64,000 nucleotides of DNA from an uncultured cyanobacterium. Its GTDB lineage: Bacteria; Cyanobacteriota; Cyanobacteriia; Cyanobacteriales; Nostocaceae. Location: NCBI GenBank assembly GCA_963740315.1, contig CAVUDP010000003.1:320001-384000 (forward strand). Direction: 5' to 3'. Of the stretch, positions 30,247 to 41,213 are shown piece by piece; positions within the stretch are counted from its first letter, which is position 1; every line of letters starts with the position of its first letter. The notes below the pieces were generated by a model that had not been told where the DNA came from, did no database searches, and saw only the letters and a program-made list of their open reading frames with translations. The position numbers were made by a program, and so were the translations under genes.

Positions 30247-31033
30247 AGGTGCCTGTTTGATGCATTATCTATAAGATTCTATGTATGTAACTTAGTGGTA
30301 CTGGAAAAAAAAAGTCAAGAGTCATTCAGCCAGCGGTAGGCAATATATATGCTTAGCACTCATTTAAAACTGGCTCATAAACTCCATCGAGTTGGTATTC
30401 TTTGCTCGTATATTTATACGGATTAGATCTTCCAAGCCCAGATTTTAATACACTTCCTGATTATAAGCAAAAGATAACTTCAAAATAAAAAACTAGTTAT
30501 AAATCCTTAACATTTTTAATAGAAACTTTAAATACTATAAGTCTTCTAAATTATTTCGATGTTTTTTTAATATTCTCTTTTGTTTTTATAAAAGTTAATC
30601 TTTGTTCGCAAAAAATAGTGGAAGAAAATGATTAATTTTGTTCAACTTAATTTAGATATAAACATTAATGCAGACACGAATATTACTACATTTAGTACAA
30701 ATGATTTAGTTAATTTACAAAAAAGTTAATACAAAAATAGATTACAACTTGAATTCTATGTTAATTCAGATACTAAGCTTAACCCGTAAATAAACGGTAT
30801 GTCAATTGATTTTTGCTTTACATTTACGATTACTAATTAAATATACGTATAAAACTAAAGGTTTGAAGATTTGATAACGCCTATTCTACTAAAAATGACA
30901 TCTTACACCACGAGCAACTTGCCTAAATAAACTCCAAATATGGTTATTACACGACGAAAAAATCATCTTTTGATGAAATATACCGGGTTTATGACAAAGA
31001 TGTAAGATGTGAATGATACAATATTTCCTCTTT

Positions 31034-31903
31034 TTACCCCCGCAAAATCCGCGAAACCATCCCATTTGCTTGAGAACCATACCCACCGCCAAACAAATTG
31101 AAATGATTCAAAATGTGATAAAGATTATACAAAGTTTTACGTTGCTCATATCCATCATCTAACGGAAACACCTCGTTGTAACCTTGATAAAAACTCGCCG
31201 GGAAACCGCCAAAAACTTCCGTCATTGCAATATCAACCTCGCGATCGCCATAATAAGTTGCGGGATCGAAAATTACAGGTTCCCCATCTGCCGTAAACCC
31301 AGCGTTTCCTCCCCATAAATCGCCGTGTACTAAAGAAGGCTGCACTTGATGTCCTGATAGTAACTCTGGAATCGCACTCAGTAACTTTTCAGCTTGCCCA
31401 AAACTACCACCCCGACGCTTGCCTAACTCAAACTGATATCCCAAACGATGTTTACTAAAAAATTCTACCCAATCTTCCGTCCAAGTATTAATTTGCGGAG
31501 TGGAACCAATAGTATTATTTATATCCCAACCAAACCTTTTATTAGAAGATTTTTTATGCATTTCTGCTAATTTCCGCCCCATCTCTTCCGAGGATTTATT
31601 ATTACCCCTACCCATGAACAGCCACTCTAAAATGATATAGCAGGAATTCCCCACAGTACCCGAACAGATGGGTTTGGGAACGCGGATGGTAGCTGTATCG
31701 TACATTTGTTGTAAACCCAAAGCTTCCGCTTCAAACATTGCCACTTGAGAAGCTTGATTTAACTTAATAAAATAAGTCCGCGCACCATCACTTAAAGAAT
31801 AACCTTGATTAATGCACCCACCCGAAACACTTCGTCGTTGCTGGGTTTGGAATTGTTCGCCAGTAGCTTGGCTAATAACCGCGTCAATTTCAGTCCACAT
31901 CAT
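31034..31903 (-). CDS. Fructosamine kinase family protein
   Basis: VSGGCIN, HGDLWGGN, FDPATYYGDREVDIAM. Confidence 0.93.
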   Translation of the reverse strand: MMWTEIDAVISQATGEQFQTQQRRSVSGGCINQGYSLSDGARTYFIKLNQASQVAMFEAEALGLQQMYDTATIRVPKPICSGTVGNSCYIILEWLFMGRGNNKSSEEMGRKLAEMHKKSSNKRFGWDINNTIGSTPQINTWTEDWVEFFSKHRLGYQFELGKRRGGSFGQAEKLLSAIPELLSGHQVQPSLVHGDLWGGNAGFTADGEPVIFDPATYYGDREVDIAMTEVFGGFPASFYQGYNEVFPLDDGYEQRKTLYNLYHILNHFNLFGGGYGSQANGMVSRILRG

Positions 31904-32114
31904 TGGATTTTAGATTTTAGATTTTGGATTTTGGATTAGAATTTATCAACCGATCGCTTGCTATGCCTCATATTAGGCGAGGGCTAATTACTTACTATAT
32001 GAGTAGGGATGAAATAATGTTTATTAACCATTACCAATTACCAATCCCCATAGACATGATAAATGTTTAAGCGGACATGATATCAATCCAAAATCTAAAA
32101 TTTAAAATCCAAAA

Positions 32115-33397
32115 TCAGTTGGGTTTCATCACCACCACCCCATAAGCATCGGTGGAAAGATATGTTTGTGCAGCTTGCATCAAAGTATCTGCATCTTGGG
32201 CTTGGATATGATAAGGGAAATCAAAAGCTGGTTCCAAATCGCCGATTAAAGTTTGATAATAACCGTATAAATTAGCGCGATCGCTAGATTTTCATTTGCA
32301 AAAATAAACCTGTTGGCTACACGTTTGCGAACTCGGTTGATTTCCGATTCTTCTATTTCTGTTTGGATTTTACGAATATGTTCAACTATTGCTGATTCTA
32401 CAGCAGCTAAATTTTCTACCTCACAATGAGCCGCAATGTAAAAAGTACCCTGTAGCTGATTGGTCATATTGCTTACAGATATATAGTTAACCAGCTCGCG
32501 ATCTTCGCGTAAATCGCGCCACAATCGGGATGTGCGTCCGTGTCCTAAAATAGCTGAAAGTACATCCAGCGCATAAGTTTGACTTAGCTGCATTAACCCA
32601 GGAACTCGCCAAAGCATAATTAATCTTGCTTGCTGAAGGCCTTCGTCAACATATTCCCCACGCACAATTTCTGTAAATGCTGGTTCTGGCTTTAAAGAGG
32701 CGATATCTTGGGTTTCTATATTACCTATATCTCGCATCTCAACATTGTCAAAGCTCTGCGCGATAATATCAATCAACTCTTCTTCAGGTAAATTACCTAC
32801 AGCAACAGCGGTAATTGACTTTGGTTGATACTGTTGAGCATGAAAAGAGCGCATTTGCTGCACTTGGAATTGAGAAATTACTTCTTCTGGTCCCAATACC
32901 GGACGACGATATGGTAACTTTTCAAAAGCAGTTTCCATCACCTTTGTAAAAGTACGACGTTGGGGATTATCTTCACTACGCCTTATTTCTTCAAGCACCA
33001 CCAAACGTTCCCTCTCAAAAGCATCCGAGGGGAATCTTGGATTCATTACCACATCTACTTGCAGAGGTGCGAGTTTAGCAAAATCCTTCGGAGCAGTAGT
33101 TAGGTAGTAATGAGTATAATCTTGGCTAGTCGCGGCATTTGTAACGGCACCACGCTCTTCAATTCTACGCTCAAACTCTCCGCTTGCCAGTCGCTTAGTT
33201 CCTTTAAAAATCATATGCTCTAAAAAGTGAGCCATCCCGTTAATAGCATCACTTTCCGCAGCCGAACCCACGTTAACCCATAAATTGAGGTTGATCGCTT
33301 CCACTGGCATTTGCTCTGCTACTATTGTCAAACCGTTAGGTAAGTGTCGTAGCTTGGGGGCATTTAGACGAGGAAATTTTAGCAGAGTTGAGGACAT
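32115..33397 (-). pseudogene. M16 (pitrilysin-family) zinc peptidase with a one-base frameshift near 32290 (pseudogene or sequencing error)
   Basis: HFLEH zinc motif; after FIFANE the family-like C-terminus SDRANLYGYYQTLIGDLEPAF...YGVVVMKPN* continues in another frame to TGA at 32115-32117. Confidence 0.8.
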
Positions 33398-33797
33398 TGG
33401 TAGTTTTGAATAAAAGCGTCTTACTCCTTTATCATAACTAGAACTTATTTGAATACCGAAAATAATGCTTTACTTCGAGATTTTACAGACTAAGTTCCGG
33501 TAAATCGAATTTTATCTCATAATTGTGTAAAGTCACAGACAAAATACCCGGCGATATAAATAAATTTTGATAATTTATATATTCATATGCCTTTGTAAAG
33601 GTAAATTAAATTGATTAAATTATGTATTGATTTAAATTCTATTTAAAGACTTCTTAAAATGAATTAATTATTAGTTATTTAGCTCTTATACTAAATTAGG
33701 GTTTGTAAAAATTGTTTTAGAAACTATACCATATCTGGAATTTGGTTTTTATTCAGGGTAAATATCACCACAACTTGATTATTAAACCAAAATAAAA

Positions 33798-34430
33798 ATG
33801 AAATTTTTATCTATTATTGCTGCGATCGCAAGTTTATCAATAGCAACTTCAGCCACGGCTCAATTAATCCCATCCACTCCTATAAAAACAGAGAATCGCA
33901 GCCCGACCAAAGTAAGTGTAATTAGAAATGGGACTCAACTGAGAATTTACCACGGAAAGAGAATTCAAACCATCAAAGCAAATAGTTTGAAAGCCCGAAT
34001 TTTAAACTCATTAACTTGTGAAGGAGAACAAGTCAAACGCCAAACTTTATCTGGTAAAAGAATTTTTCCACAAGCAGTCAAGCTAGATAAACAAACTGGT
34101 AATTTAGCTGTTGGTGTATTACTTCAAGATTGCTTTGGGCAAAATATAAGTGCAGTATTTATCCTACAACCCAAACCTAATTGGAATAATTATATTGTTC
34201 ATCGAGTGCCAGTTCCCGGAAACATCCAAATTAACGACAGATTTTCTACCTATCCTCTCCGAAACATTAAACAAATTGGATTTATAGATGGTAGTTTACT
34301 GATTAAACACGCAGACGTAGCAAATTCAGAAGCATTGCTAGTTTATACATCAAATCAACCTGTAGGAAAATACGCTGGTTGTATTGTTACGCAACAAGGC
34401 AATAGTAATATTTGTCCATCTTTTTATTAA
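33798..34430 (+). CDS. Hypothetical secreted protein
   Basis: Signal peptide MKFLSIIAAIASLSIATSATA; 210 aa. Confidence 0.75.
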   Translation: MKFLSIIAAIASLSIATSATAQLIPSTPIKTENRSPTKVSVIRNGTQLRIYHGKRIQTIKANSLKARILNSLTCEGEQVKRQTLSGKRIFPQAVKLDKQTGNLAVGVLLQDCFGQNISAVFILQPKPNWNNYIVHRVPVPGNIQINDRFSTYPLRNIKQIGFIDGSLLIKHADVANSEALLVYTSNQPVGKYAGCIVTQQGNSNICPSFY

Positions 34431-34651
34431 GGTTGTGTTTGAAGTAAGATTACCAATAATTATTGTGGAGCATCATAAACGTGTCATACGATCGTTTTTT
34501 GTAGTACGGGTAAGATGCCCGCTTTATTCACGATCGAGCTTTCATCTTTTTATTAACATTTTATAATCATAGAAAAATGAGTAGAATGCACGTATCATAA
34601 AAAGATAAAACACTAGAATTATTTAATTTTATTTATCGGAAGAAACTTTAA

Positions 34652-35216
34652 ATGGTAAAGACATTTTCAAAAATCACTTTAGAAGAATTTCTCAAGCTTC
34701 CAGAAACAGAGCCAGAAACGCGAATATATCAACGGTAAAATTATTCAAAAACCCATGCCAAAAACTCGCCACTCCAGACTTCAGGCAAAGTTTACTACCA
34801 ATATTAATAATGTTACTGAAGAGAAGCAGATAGCTTATGCATTTCCAGAGTTGCGATGCACTTTTGGAGGACGTTCGATTGTGCCTGATGTCGCAATTCT
34901 TTGTTGGAATCGGATTGAATTCGATGAAGAAGGAGAACCTAACGATGATGTGCTTGTTGCTCCAGATTGGACGATAGAAATTTTATCCCCAGAACAAAGT
35001 TCTAATCGAGTTACGGGAAATATTCTTCACTGTTTGCGACATGGTTGTCAAGGATGGTTAGTTGACCCCGATGATAAATCTATCTTAATTTTTCTACGCG
35101 ATCGAGAACCTAAATTATTTCAAGGTAGCGATAAATTAACTGTTTTGGATGGCATTGATATTGAGTTAACAGCAGAGGAAGTTTTTAATTGGTTAAAAAT
35201 GCATGTAGAGACGTAG
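34652..35216 (+). pseudogene. Uma2 (DUF820) endonuclease-family gene with a frameshift near 34720
   Basis: MVKTFSKITLEEFLKLPETEP in one frame; EYINGKIIQKPMP...PELRCTFGGRSIVPDVA...APDWTIEILSP in the next. Confidence 0.78.
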
Positions 35217-35231
35217 CATTGCTACGTCTCC
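35205..35231. repeat. GTAGAGACG-type REP palindrome
   Basis: GTAGAGACGTAGCATTGCTACGTCTC overlapping the Uma2 stop; related copy at ~54817-54840. Confidence 0.7.
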
Positions 35232-35359
35232 ATACCTCGTTGAATTTCGCAAAATATTTGTTTTACCCTGCCGTTCTTATAATTATCCCCAACACCCACA
35301 ACAACCCAAAAGCTATAAAATAATAAATATATATATTAAGAAAACTAAACTAAACATCA

Positions 35360-36859
35360 ATGTCAAATGGTTCGGGAAACTCCCGTGTAGTAGTTGTCGG
35401 CGCTGGAATTGGCGGACTTACCGCTGGCGCTTTATTAGCAAAAAAAGGTTACGAAGTATTAATTTTAGACCAAGCTCTCGTACCGGGAGGTTGTGCTTCT
35501 ACTTTCAAACGCAAGGGTTTTACTTTTGACGTGGGTGCAACTCAGGTAGCGGGTTTGGAGCCGGGAGGAATTCATCACCGTATTTTCTCTGAGTTAGAAA
35601 TAGAACTACCACGAGCTACACCTTGCGACCCTGCTTGTGCGGTATACTTACCCGGAGAAACTACTCCTATTAACGTTTGGCGCAACCCGCAGAAATGGCA
35701 AGAAGAGCGATCGCGACAGTTCCCCGGTAGCGAACCTTTTTGGAATCTGCTATCAACTTTATTCAAAGCAAGCTGGAAATTTCAGGCACGCGACCCCGTA
35801 TTACCACCACGTAGCTGGTGGGATTTACTACAATTAACTACCGCCGTGCGTCCGGATACTTTAGTTACGGTTCCCTATACTTTATCTACCGTCGGAGATG
35901 CTTTACGTTTCACCGGACAAGGAAATAATACACGTCTAAGAACGTTTTTAGATTTACAGTTAAAGCTGTATTCCCAGGTAAATGCAGAGGAAACGGCGTT
36001 ACTGTATGCGGCAACTGCATTGAGCGTATCCCAGGAACCGCAAGGATTGTACCACCTGGAAGGAAGTATGCAGGTATTGAGCGATCGCCTTGTACAATCT
36101 TTAAAAAGGGATGGCGGTAAGTTATTGATGCGTCATACGGTAGAACAAATCGAGGTAGAGAATAATAAAGTTAAAGCAGTAGTTATTCGTAACCAGAAAA
36201 CCGGGGAAACCTGGACTGAATCGGCAGACCACGTAGTTGCTAATGTTACAGTTCAAAATTTGATGCAATTACTTGGCGAAAAAGCTCCTAAAGGTTATAA
36301 AAAGCGAGTTGAAAAATTACCTCCTTCATCCGGTGCGTTTGTAATTTATTTGGGCGTTGATGAAAGCGCGATTCCTCTCGAATGCCCGCCACATCTACAG
36401 TTTCTTTATAATGCAAACGGTCCGATCGGTGAAAATAATTCCCTATTTGTTTCCGTAAGTCGTCCTAACGATGGGCGTGCGCCTGCGGGTAAAGCTACTA
36501 TTATTGCTTCTTCTTTCGTAGATGCAGATAGATGGTGGGATATTGAAAAATACGATGATTTAAAACAGCAGTTTACACAAGAAGCCATATCTCATCTTGA
36601 GAAATTTTTCTATTTAAAACCAGAAACCATTGTTCATGTAGAAGCAGCAACACCGCGAACTTTTTACACTTTTACCGCTAGAGATAAAGGTATTGTCGGC
36701 GGTATAGGGCAAAGAGTCCCAACTTTCGGTCCTTTTGGTTTTGCCAATCGTACACCGATAGATAATTTGTGGCTGGTAGGTGATTCAACCCATCCCGGTG
36801 AAGGTACTGCGGGAGTAAGTTATTCAGCTTTGACGGTGGTAAGACAGATTGAGAGTTAA
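35360..36859 (+). CDS. crtD: Carotenoid C-3',4' desaturase (myxoxanthophyll pathway)
   Basis: GAGIGG FAD motif, FDVGATQVAGLEPGGIH, GDSTHPGEGTAGVSYSA. Confidence 0.9.
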   Translation: MSNGSGNSRVVVVGAGIGGLTAGALLAKKGYEVLILDQALVPGGCASTFKRKGFTFDVGATQVAGLEPGGIHHRIFSELEIELPRATPCDPACAVYLPGETTPINVWRNPQKWQEERSRQFPGSEPFWNLLSTLFKASWKFQARDPVLPPRSWWDLLQLTTAVRPDTLVTVPYTLSTVGDALRFTGQGNNTRLRTFLDLQLKLYSQVNAEETALLYAATALSVSQEPQGLYHLEGSMQVLSDRLVQSLKRDGGKLLMRHTVEQIEVENNKVKAVVIRNQKTGETWTESADHVVANVTVQNLMQLLGEKAPKGYKKRVEKLPPSSGAFVIYLGVDESAIPLECPPHLQFLYNANGPIGENNSLFVSVSRPNDGRAPAGKATIIASSFVDADRWWDIEKYDDLKQQFTQEAISHLEKFFYLKPETIVHVEAATPRTFYTFTARDKGIVGGIGQRVPTFGPFGFANRTPIDNLWLVGDSTHPGEGTAGVSYSALTVVRQIES

Positions 36860-37053
36860 CAGTGAACAGTGAACAGTGAACAGTTAAAAGTAATTGTAGG
36901 TTGGGTAGAGCGAAGGACATAACTCAACACCCGAATTGGGTTTCACTATATTGGGTAAAAGTAGCGAGCGGTGAGAGAAACCGCCACTTTTCTTCCATCA
37001 TCAAAGGATTGATGCACTATTCAAAACCTCCAGAATTACGCCATGTAAATAGC

Positions 37054-37077
37054 AAAAAACCTCCTAAGAAAGGAGGC
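37054..37077 (-). terminator. Intrinsic terminator of the 37187..39262 gene
   Basis: Minus strand GCCTCCT-TTCTT-AGGAGGT followed by a T-run. Confidence 0.65.
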
Positions 37078-37186
37078 ATCATCTGTAATTTAAATTAATT
37101 GTAGAACAAACGTTCTTATCTGATAACTACTAACTGCTCACTGCTCACTGATAACTGCTCACTGCTCACTGATAACTGCTAACTAA

Positions 37187-39262
37187 TTACAAAGTATTAC
37201 CATCTGCTGGTTGGGGTTCGGAGAATGATGGCTCAACTATTTGTGGTTCTGGTTGTGGTTCTGGTTGTGGTGGATTGAGGAAATCGCGCCAAGCGCCGAT
37301 CTGTTCTTGCGCTGCATTGTAAGCTTGCGTACCTTTGGGAACTAATTTAGCTGTTTCAATGGCGCGAATAATATCGGATTGACTTTGGGTGCGAGCTATA
37401 TCAAATATTTGCTGACTCCACCGATCCATCGCAATTCTGGCATCGGAACGTAATGGGGTATCTCTAGGTACGCGCCGCGCCAGATTAATTGCTTGTGACA
37501 AGGCGTTTGGAGTCCCACCTAATGCGACTTCTCGCGCTTTCCTCCAATTGTCTCTAGCCGCAACTTCTGATTGCCATTCATTTATATCTCTTTGGGCTTG
37601 CCCCGACAGTACTCTTCCGGATTCAATTTGTTTCGCGGTGCTAATTGCAGATGGTAAATCACCGCTACGTGCAAGGGCGCGAGCTTGGTCTAAGTAAGGC
37701 TGGTCTTCTATTCGCTGAACTTTGGTACTCCAACCGGCTATTTTTTTCCGTGCTTCTCGATACAAAGAACGTCCGCGACCAATTCGCTTTGCTTCGGCGA
37801 TCGCCGCTCGTAATGAAGCGGTATCTCCAAATAGTGCCAGTTCTTCTGCCCGTTCTAAAAACGGTCTATCTTCAATTACCTGTATTTGATTTGCCCAAGA
37901 ATTAATTTCTTTTCTGGCTTCAGTAGCGCGGGGGTTATTTTTGGGAATCAGTTTTGCTTCAGCAATTGCAGCAGATAAATCGCCGATTGAACCTTGAGAA
38001 GCAAGGGTTCGCGCTCTTTCCAAACGAGAAATATCTTCTATTTCCAATTGCCAACTAGCAATCAGTTTCTGCGCTCTTTGATAAATTGGTCGATTTAAGT
38101 CAATTTGCTGTGCGGAAGCGATCGCAGCTTCTAAACCAGAAATTGTTCCAGTCCAAGCATTTCTTTGCGCTTCAGCTAAAGATATGAAATCTGTTTTTTC
38201 TGCTTCTACTCCAGAAATCGGCGGAATTTTTTGAGCAATGTAGATAGCTTCCTCAGCATCCCTTTGCTTTAATTTATTTTCTGCCAATTCAAGGATATTT
38301 AGTCCAAATTCTGGAATTGCTTCTTGAGCTTTCTGATAAACATAGCTGTTTTTTGCGATCGATTGCGCCAGTTTAATCGCTCTAAGTATTTTATCTACAT
38401 TTCTACTCTTGGCTAAACTTTCAGCTTCGGCTAATTTCTCGCCATCTTCCCTGGCGGTAATAATCAGGTTATTTAACTCTTCGTACTTGGTACTAGCCCA
38501 AAATCTATTATTTAAACGTAGCAATTTCGCCGACTGCATAAAAGCAGATTGCCAACGCTGTTCGCGCATTTCGCCTTCTGCTTCTTTGTAAATATCACTA
38601 GCTTTTGACCAAGTTAATTTCCAACTGTCAATTTGGTCTTCTACTAATTTAGAAGCAGAAACATTGGAGGGTATCTTACGAGCAATTTCAATCGCTTCCT
38701 CTAATCTACCCGCTTGGAAACTCTCATCGGCTAACTGCAATATACTACGGGACCAATCTTCCACATAACGGTCAATTTCCGAACGCAATGGATGATTCTG
38801 CGGCAATTTCTTGACCAAATCAATCGCTTGCAGCAAATCTTTTACCGTGTCCTTAGAAGCTGCCAACTCAGCACAGTGAATCCGTACCGAAGCGCTAGCC
38901 AAAGGCCAAAAAATAGAAGGGCAGTTCGGTGCTGAGGGCAACTTTAAAAGAATCCCCATTGCCATAAATCCTACCGTACCGGGTATGAACGCTAGCAAAA
39001 ATGCCCATAAAACCCAGCTTGTAAGCCAGCGCGGTAATTTTCCAGAACTACCAGTTGCCGGAATTTCTTCTGAAAGACTTTTTAAAGTCAATTTTTTTGA
39101 ATTACTTTTGTTTTTGCTTGACACTGACTTAGAGCTAGAACCAGTAGCCGGGACACCATACTTACGGTCTTCGGATTGTTCCGTTTTGAATAATCGAGTC
39201 ATATCATCTGACTGCGTTCTTCTAGCTGATGACCAGCCCTCTGGAATATCCCGTTCTGCCAT
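37187..39262 (-). CDS. Conserved cyanobacterial membrane-anchored helical-repeat protein
   Basis: One TM segment, PSAPNCP motif, repeated AI..A..IP helical units; no Walker motif. Confidence 0.8.
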   Translation of the reverse strand: MAERDIPEGWSSARRTQSDDMTRLFKTEQSEDRKYGVPATGSSSKSVSSKNKSNSKKLTLKSLSEEIPATGSSGKLPRWLTSWVLWAFLLAFIPGTVGFMAMGILLKLPSAPNCPSIFWPLASASVRIHCAELAASKDTVKDLLQAIDLVKKLPQNHPLRSEIDRYVEDWSRSILQLADESFQAGRLEEAIEIARKIPSNVSASKLVEDQIDSWKLTWSKASDIYKEAEGEMREQRWQSAFMQSAKLLRLNNRFWASTKYEELNNLIITAREDGEKLAEAESLAKSRNVDKILRAIKLAQSIAKNSYVYQKAQEAIPEFGLNILELAENKLKQRDAEEAIYIAQKIPPISGVEAEKTDFISLAEAQRNAWTGTISGLEAAIASAQQIDLNRPIYQRAQKLIASWQLEIEDISRLERARTLASQGSIGDLSAAIAEAKLIPKNNPRATEARKEINSWANQIQVIEDRPFLERAEELALFGDTASLRAAIAEAKRIGRGRSLYREARKKIAGWSTKVQRIEDQPYLDQARALARSGDLPSAISTAKQIESGRVLSGQAQRDINEWQSEVAARDNWRKAREVALGGTPNALSQAINLARRVPRDTPLRSDARIAMDRWSQQIFDIARTQSQSDIIRAIETAKLVPKGTQAYNAAQEQIGAWRDFLNPPQPEPQPEPQIVEPSFSEPQPADGNTL

Positions 39263-39418
39263 CTCTCACACCAAAATTATATTAACAGGGGTTCGTTGAC
39301 TTGAGGAAGCGTGGTTTTGCTATAGTAACTTTTGAGCTATACAAAAAGCTACCTTTACACCATAATATCTCCACAGATACCATTACTTCCTCTCGTTTAT
39401 CAGTATTATTTTATACGT

Positions 39419-40324
39419 TTATCCGGGAACAGAAGATTCTGCTTGTAAATCGGCAATTAGCTGGGCTAATTGTTCGCTATTGGCAAGGTATACCTCGCCA
39501 CAAAATTCACAAATAGCTTCGGCACCGTCATCTTTAGCAATCATATCTTGCAGTTCGGCTTCTCCCAAAATTTTTAAGGCTCCTAACATTCTCTCAAAAG
39601 AGCAGCTACAATTAAACCGTAGGATCTGGGTTTCTGGAAATATATGAAGCCCCATGTCTCCTAATATATCCTGTAAGATTTCTGTAAGATTTTTTCCAGC
39701 TTGTAGCAGAGGTGTAAATCCTTGAAGGGCTGCTACTCGCGATTCCAAGTTTTCTACTAAAGCCTCATCTCTAGCAGCTTTAGGTAAAACCTGTATTAAT
39801 AACCCTCCTGCTGCCGTTACTCCTTGCGCTCCTACAAATACGCCTAAAACTACAGCCGAGGGTGTTTGCTCGGAAGTTGCTAAATAATGAGCTATATCCT
39901 CTCCTACTTCGCCAGAAACAAGTTCTACCGTACTCGAATAAGGGTAGCCGTAACCGACATCGCGGACTACGTATAAAAATCCTTTTCCAACTGCACCCCC
40001 AACATCTAATTTGCCTTGAGCATTGGGAGGCAATTCAACATTTGGATTTCCCACATAGCCGCGTACAGTTCCATCTAATCCAGCATCGACTAAGATACCA
40101 CCTAAAGGTCCATCACCTTTAATTCGGACATTGACTCTTGAACCGGGGCGCTTCATTCCTGAAGCCATCAATAAACCTGCCGTCATCGTCCGACCTAACG
40201 CCGCCGTTGCTACATAAGAAAGTTTGTGACGTTCTCGTGCAACTGCGGTCAATTTTGTAGTAATAGCACCTACTGCACGAATTCCACCGTCCGCTGCTGT
40301 GGCGCGAATTAACTGATCCGCCAT
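39419..40324 (-). CDS. hslO: Hsp33 redox-regulated chaperone
   Basis: MADQLIRATA, SEQTPS, CSCS...CEFC zinc motif. Confidence 0.96.
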   Translation of the reverse strand: MADQLIRATAADGGIRAVGAITTKLTAVARERHKLSYVATAALGRTMTAGLLMASGMKRPGSRVNVRIKGDGPLGGILVDAGLDGTVRGYVGNPNVELPPNAQGKLDVGGAVGKGFLYVVRDVGYGYPYSSTVELVSGEVGEDIAHYLATSEQTPSAVVLGVFVGAQGVTAAGGLLIQVLPKAARDEALVENLESRVAALQGFTPLLQAGKNLTEILQDILGDMGLHIFPETQILRFNCSCSFERMLGALKILGEAELQDMIAKDDGAEAICEFCGEVYLANSEQLAQLIADLQAESSVPG

Positions 40325-40591
40325 TGATTAACCTTACATTTCTTAATATACAAACTTTCTCTATTGTAAGATGTTTGTTTTAATAGGATTGGATATTACC
40401 AGAACGCGCATCAAATACAAAACAAAACTCGATTGGGCGACATGGTAATTGTTTTTTCATGCTTGCAAGTTTTCGCGCCGGGATATGTTTGTATTTGCCA
40501 TACTATATTAAGAATTCAAATAATTTTGTGAAGCTGTACCGTCTTGGGGTATGCCCAAGTCGAGTAACCGCTAAACCTTAAAGGAAAAAAA

Positions 40592-40978
40592 ATGCTCGGT
40601 AGTTTTCAAAAAAGTCAGCTGCGGATAGAAATTGATGCATCGCAAAAGTTAATTAGTGACAGTCTGTTGCATCCAATGGAATTAGGAAAATGGTTGCCTA
40701 GTGGTAAATTTCCCTCTGGAATGCCAGAAGAACTGCATTCTGGATTCGAGTTTACCACTCGTATAGGACCCTTATCAATTCATCATCAAGTAGAAACAGC
40801 GAGTCCTAACAGCTTGCGCTTGCTACTGAGTCAAGGAATTGACGGGTTCCATGAATGGTATTGGGGAGAAGGTTGGGTGCAGTCTCGTTTGGAAGGCATA
40901 TCTCTTTTACCGCTTTCTTTAGGTCAAACAGCAAGTTTATTTAGTTTGCGTCAATATTTAAAATCAAAGGAAAGTTAG
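40592..40978 (+). CDS. Conserved hypothetical protein
   Basis: 128-aa ORF with AAGGA RBS; GIDGFHEWYWGEGWVQSRLEG. Confidence 0.75.
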   Translation: MLGSFQKSQLRIEIDASQKLISDSLLHPMELGKWLPSGKFPSGMPEELHSGFEFTTRIGPLSIHHQVETASPNSLRLLLSQGIDGFHEWYWGEGWVQSRLEGISLLPLSLGQTASLFSLRQYLKSKES

Positions 40979-41048
40979 TTGTTAGTTGTTAGTTGTTAGT
41001 GGTTAGTTGTTAGTGGTTAGTTGTTAGTTGTTAGTTGTTAGTTGTTAG
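40975..41048. repeat. STRR heptamer array TTAGTTG/TTAGTGG
   Basis: About 10 tandem copies. Confidence 0.9.
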
Positions 41049-41213
41049 CGTTTAACTGGCGTAAAAAACAATGTGCTAACAAAATTCCCATTCACGCGGC
41101 TAGCGTTGCGTACCGTAGGTATTGCGTGCGGGCGTATCCCAATTTTACTTATTTTTTCTGCTTTTGTTAATTGTAAATTTTTCGATTAACTACTATCGAC
41201 TAACCACTATTAA

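Noticed and set aside
32280..32300. Programmed ribosomal frameshift in the M16 peptidase
   Set aside because: No canonical slippery heptamer or evident stimulatory structure; mutation or sequencing error is simpler
37187..39262. Label as chromosome segregation ATPase
   Set aside because: No Walker A/B motifs visible
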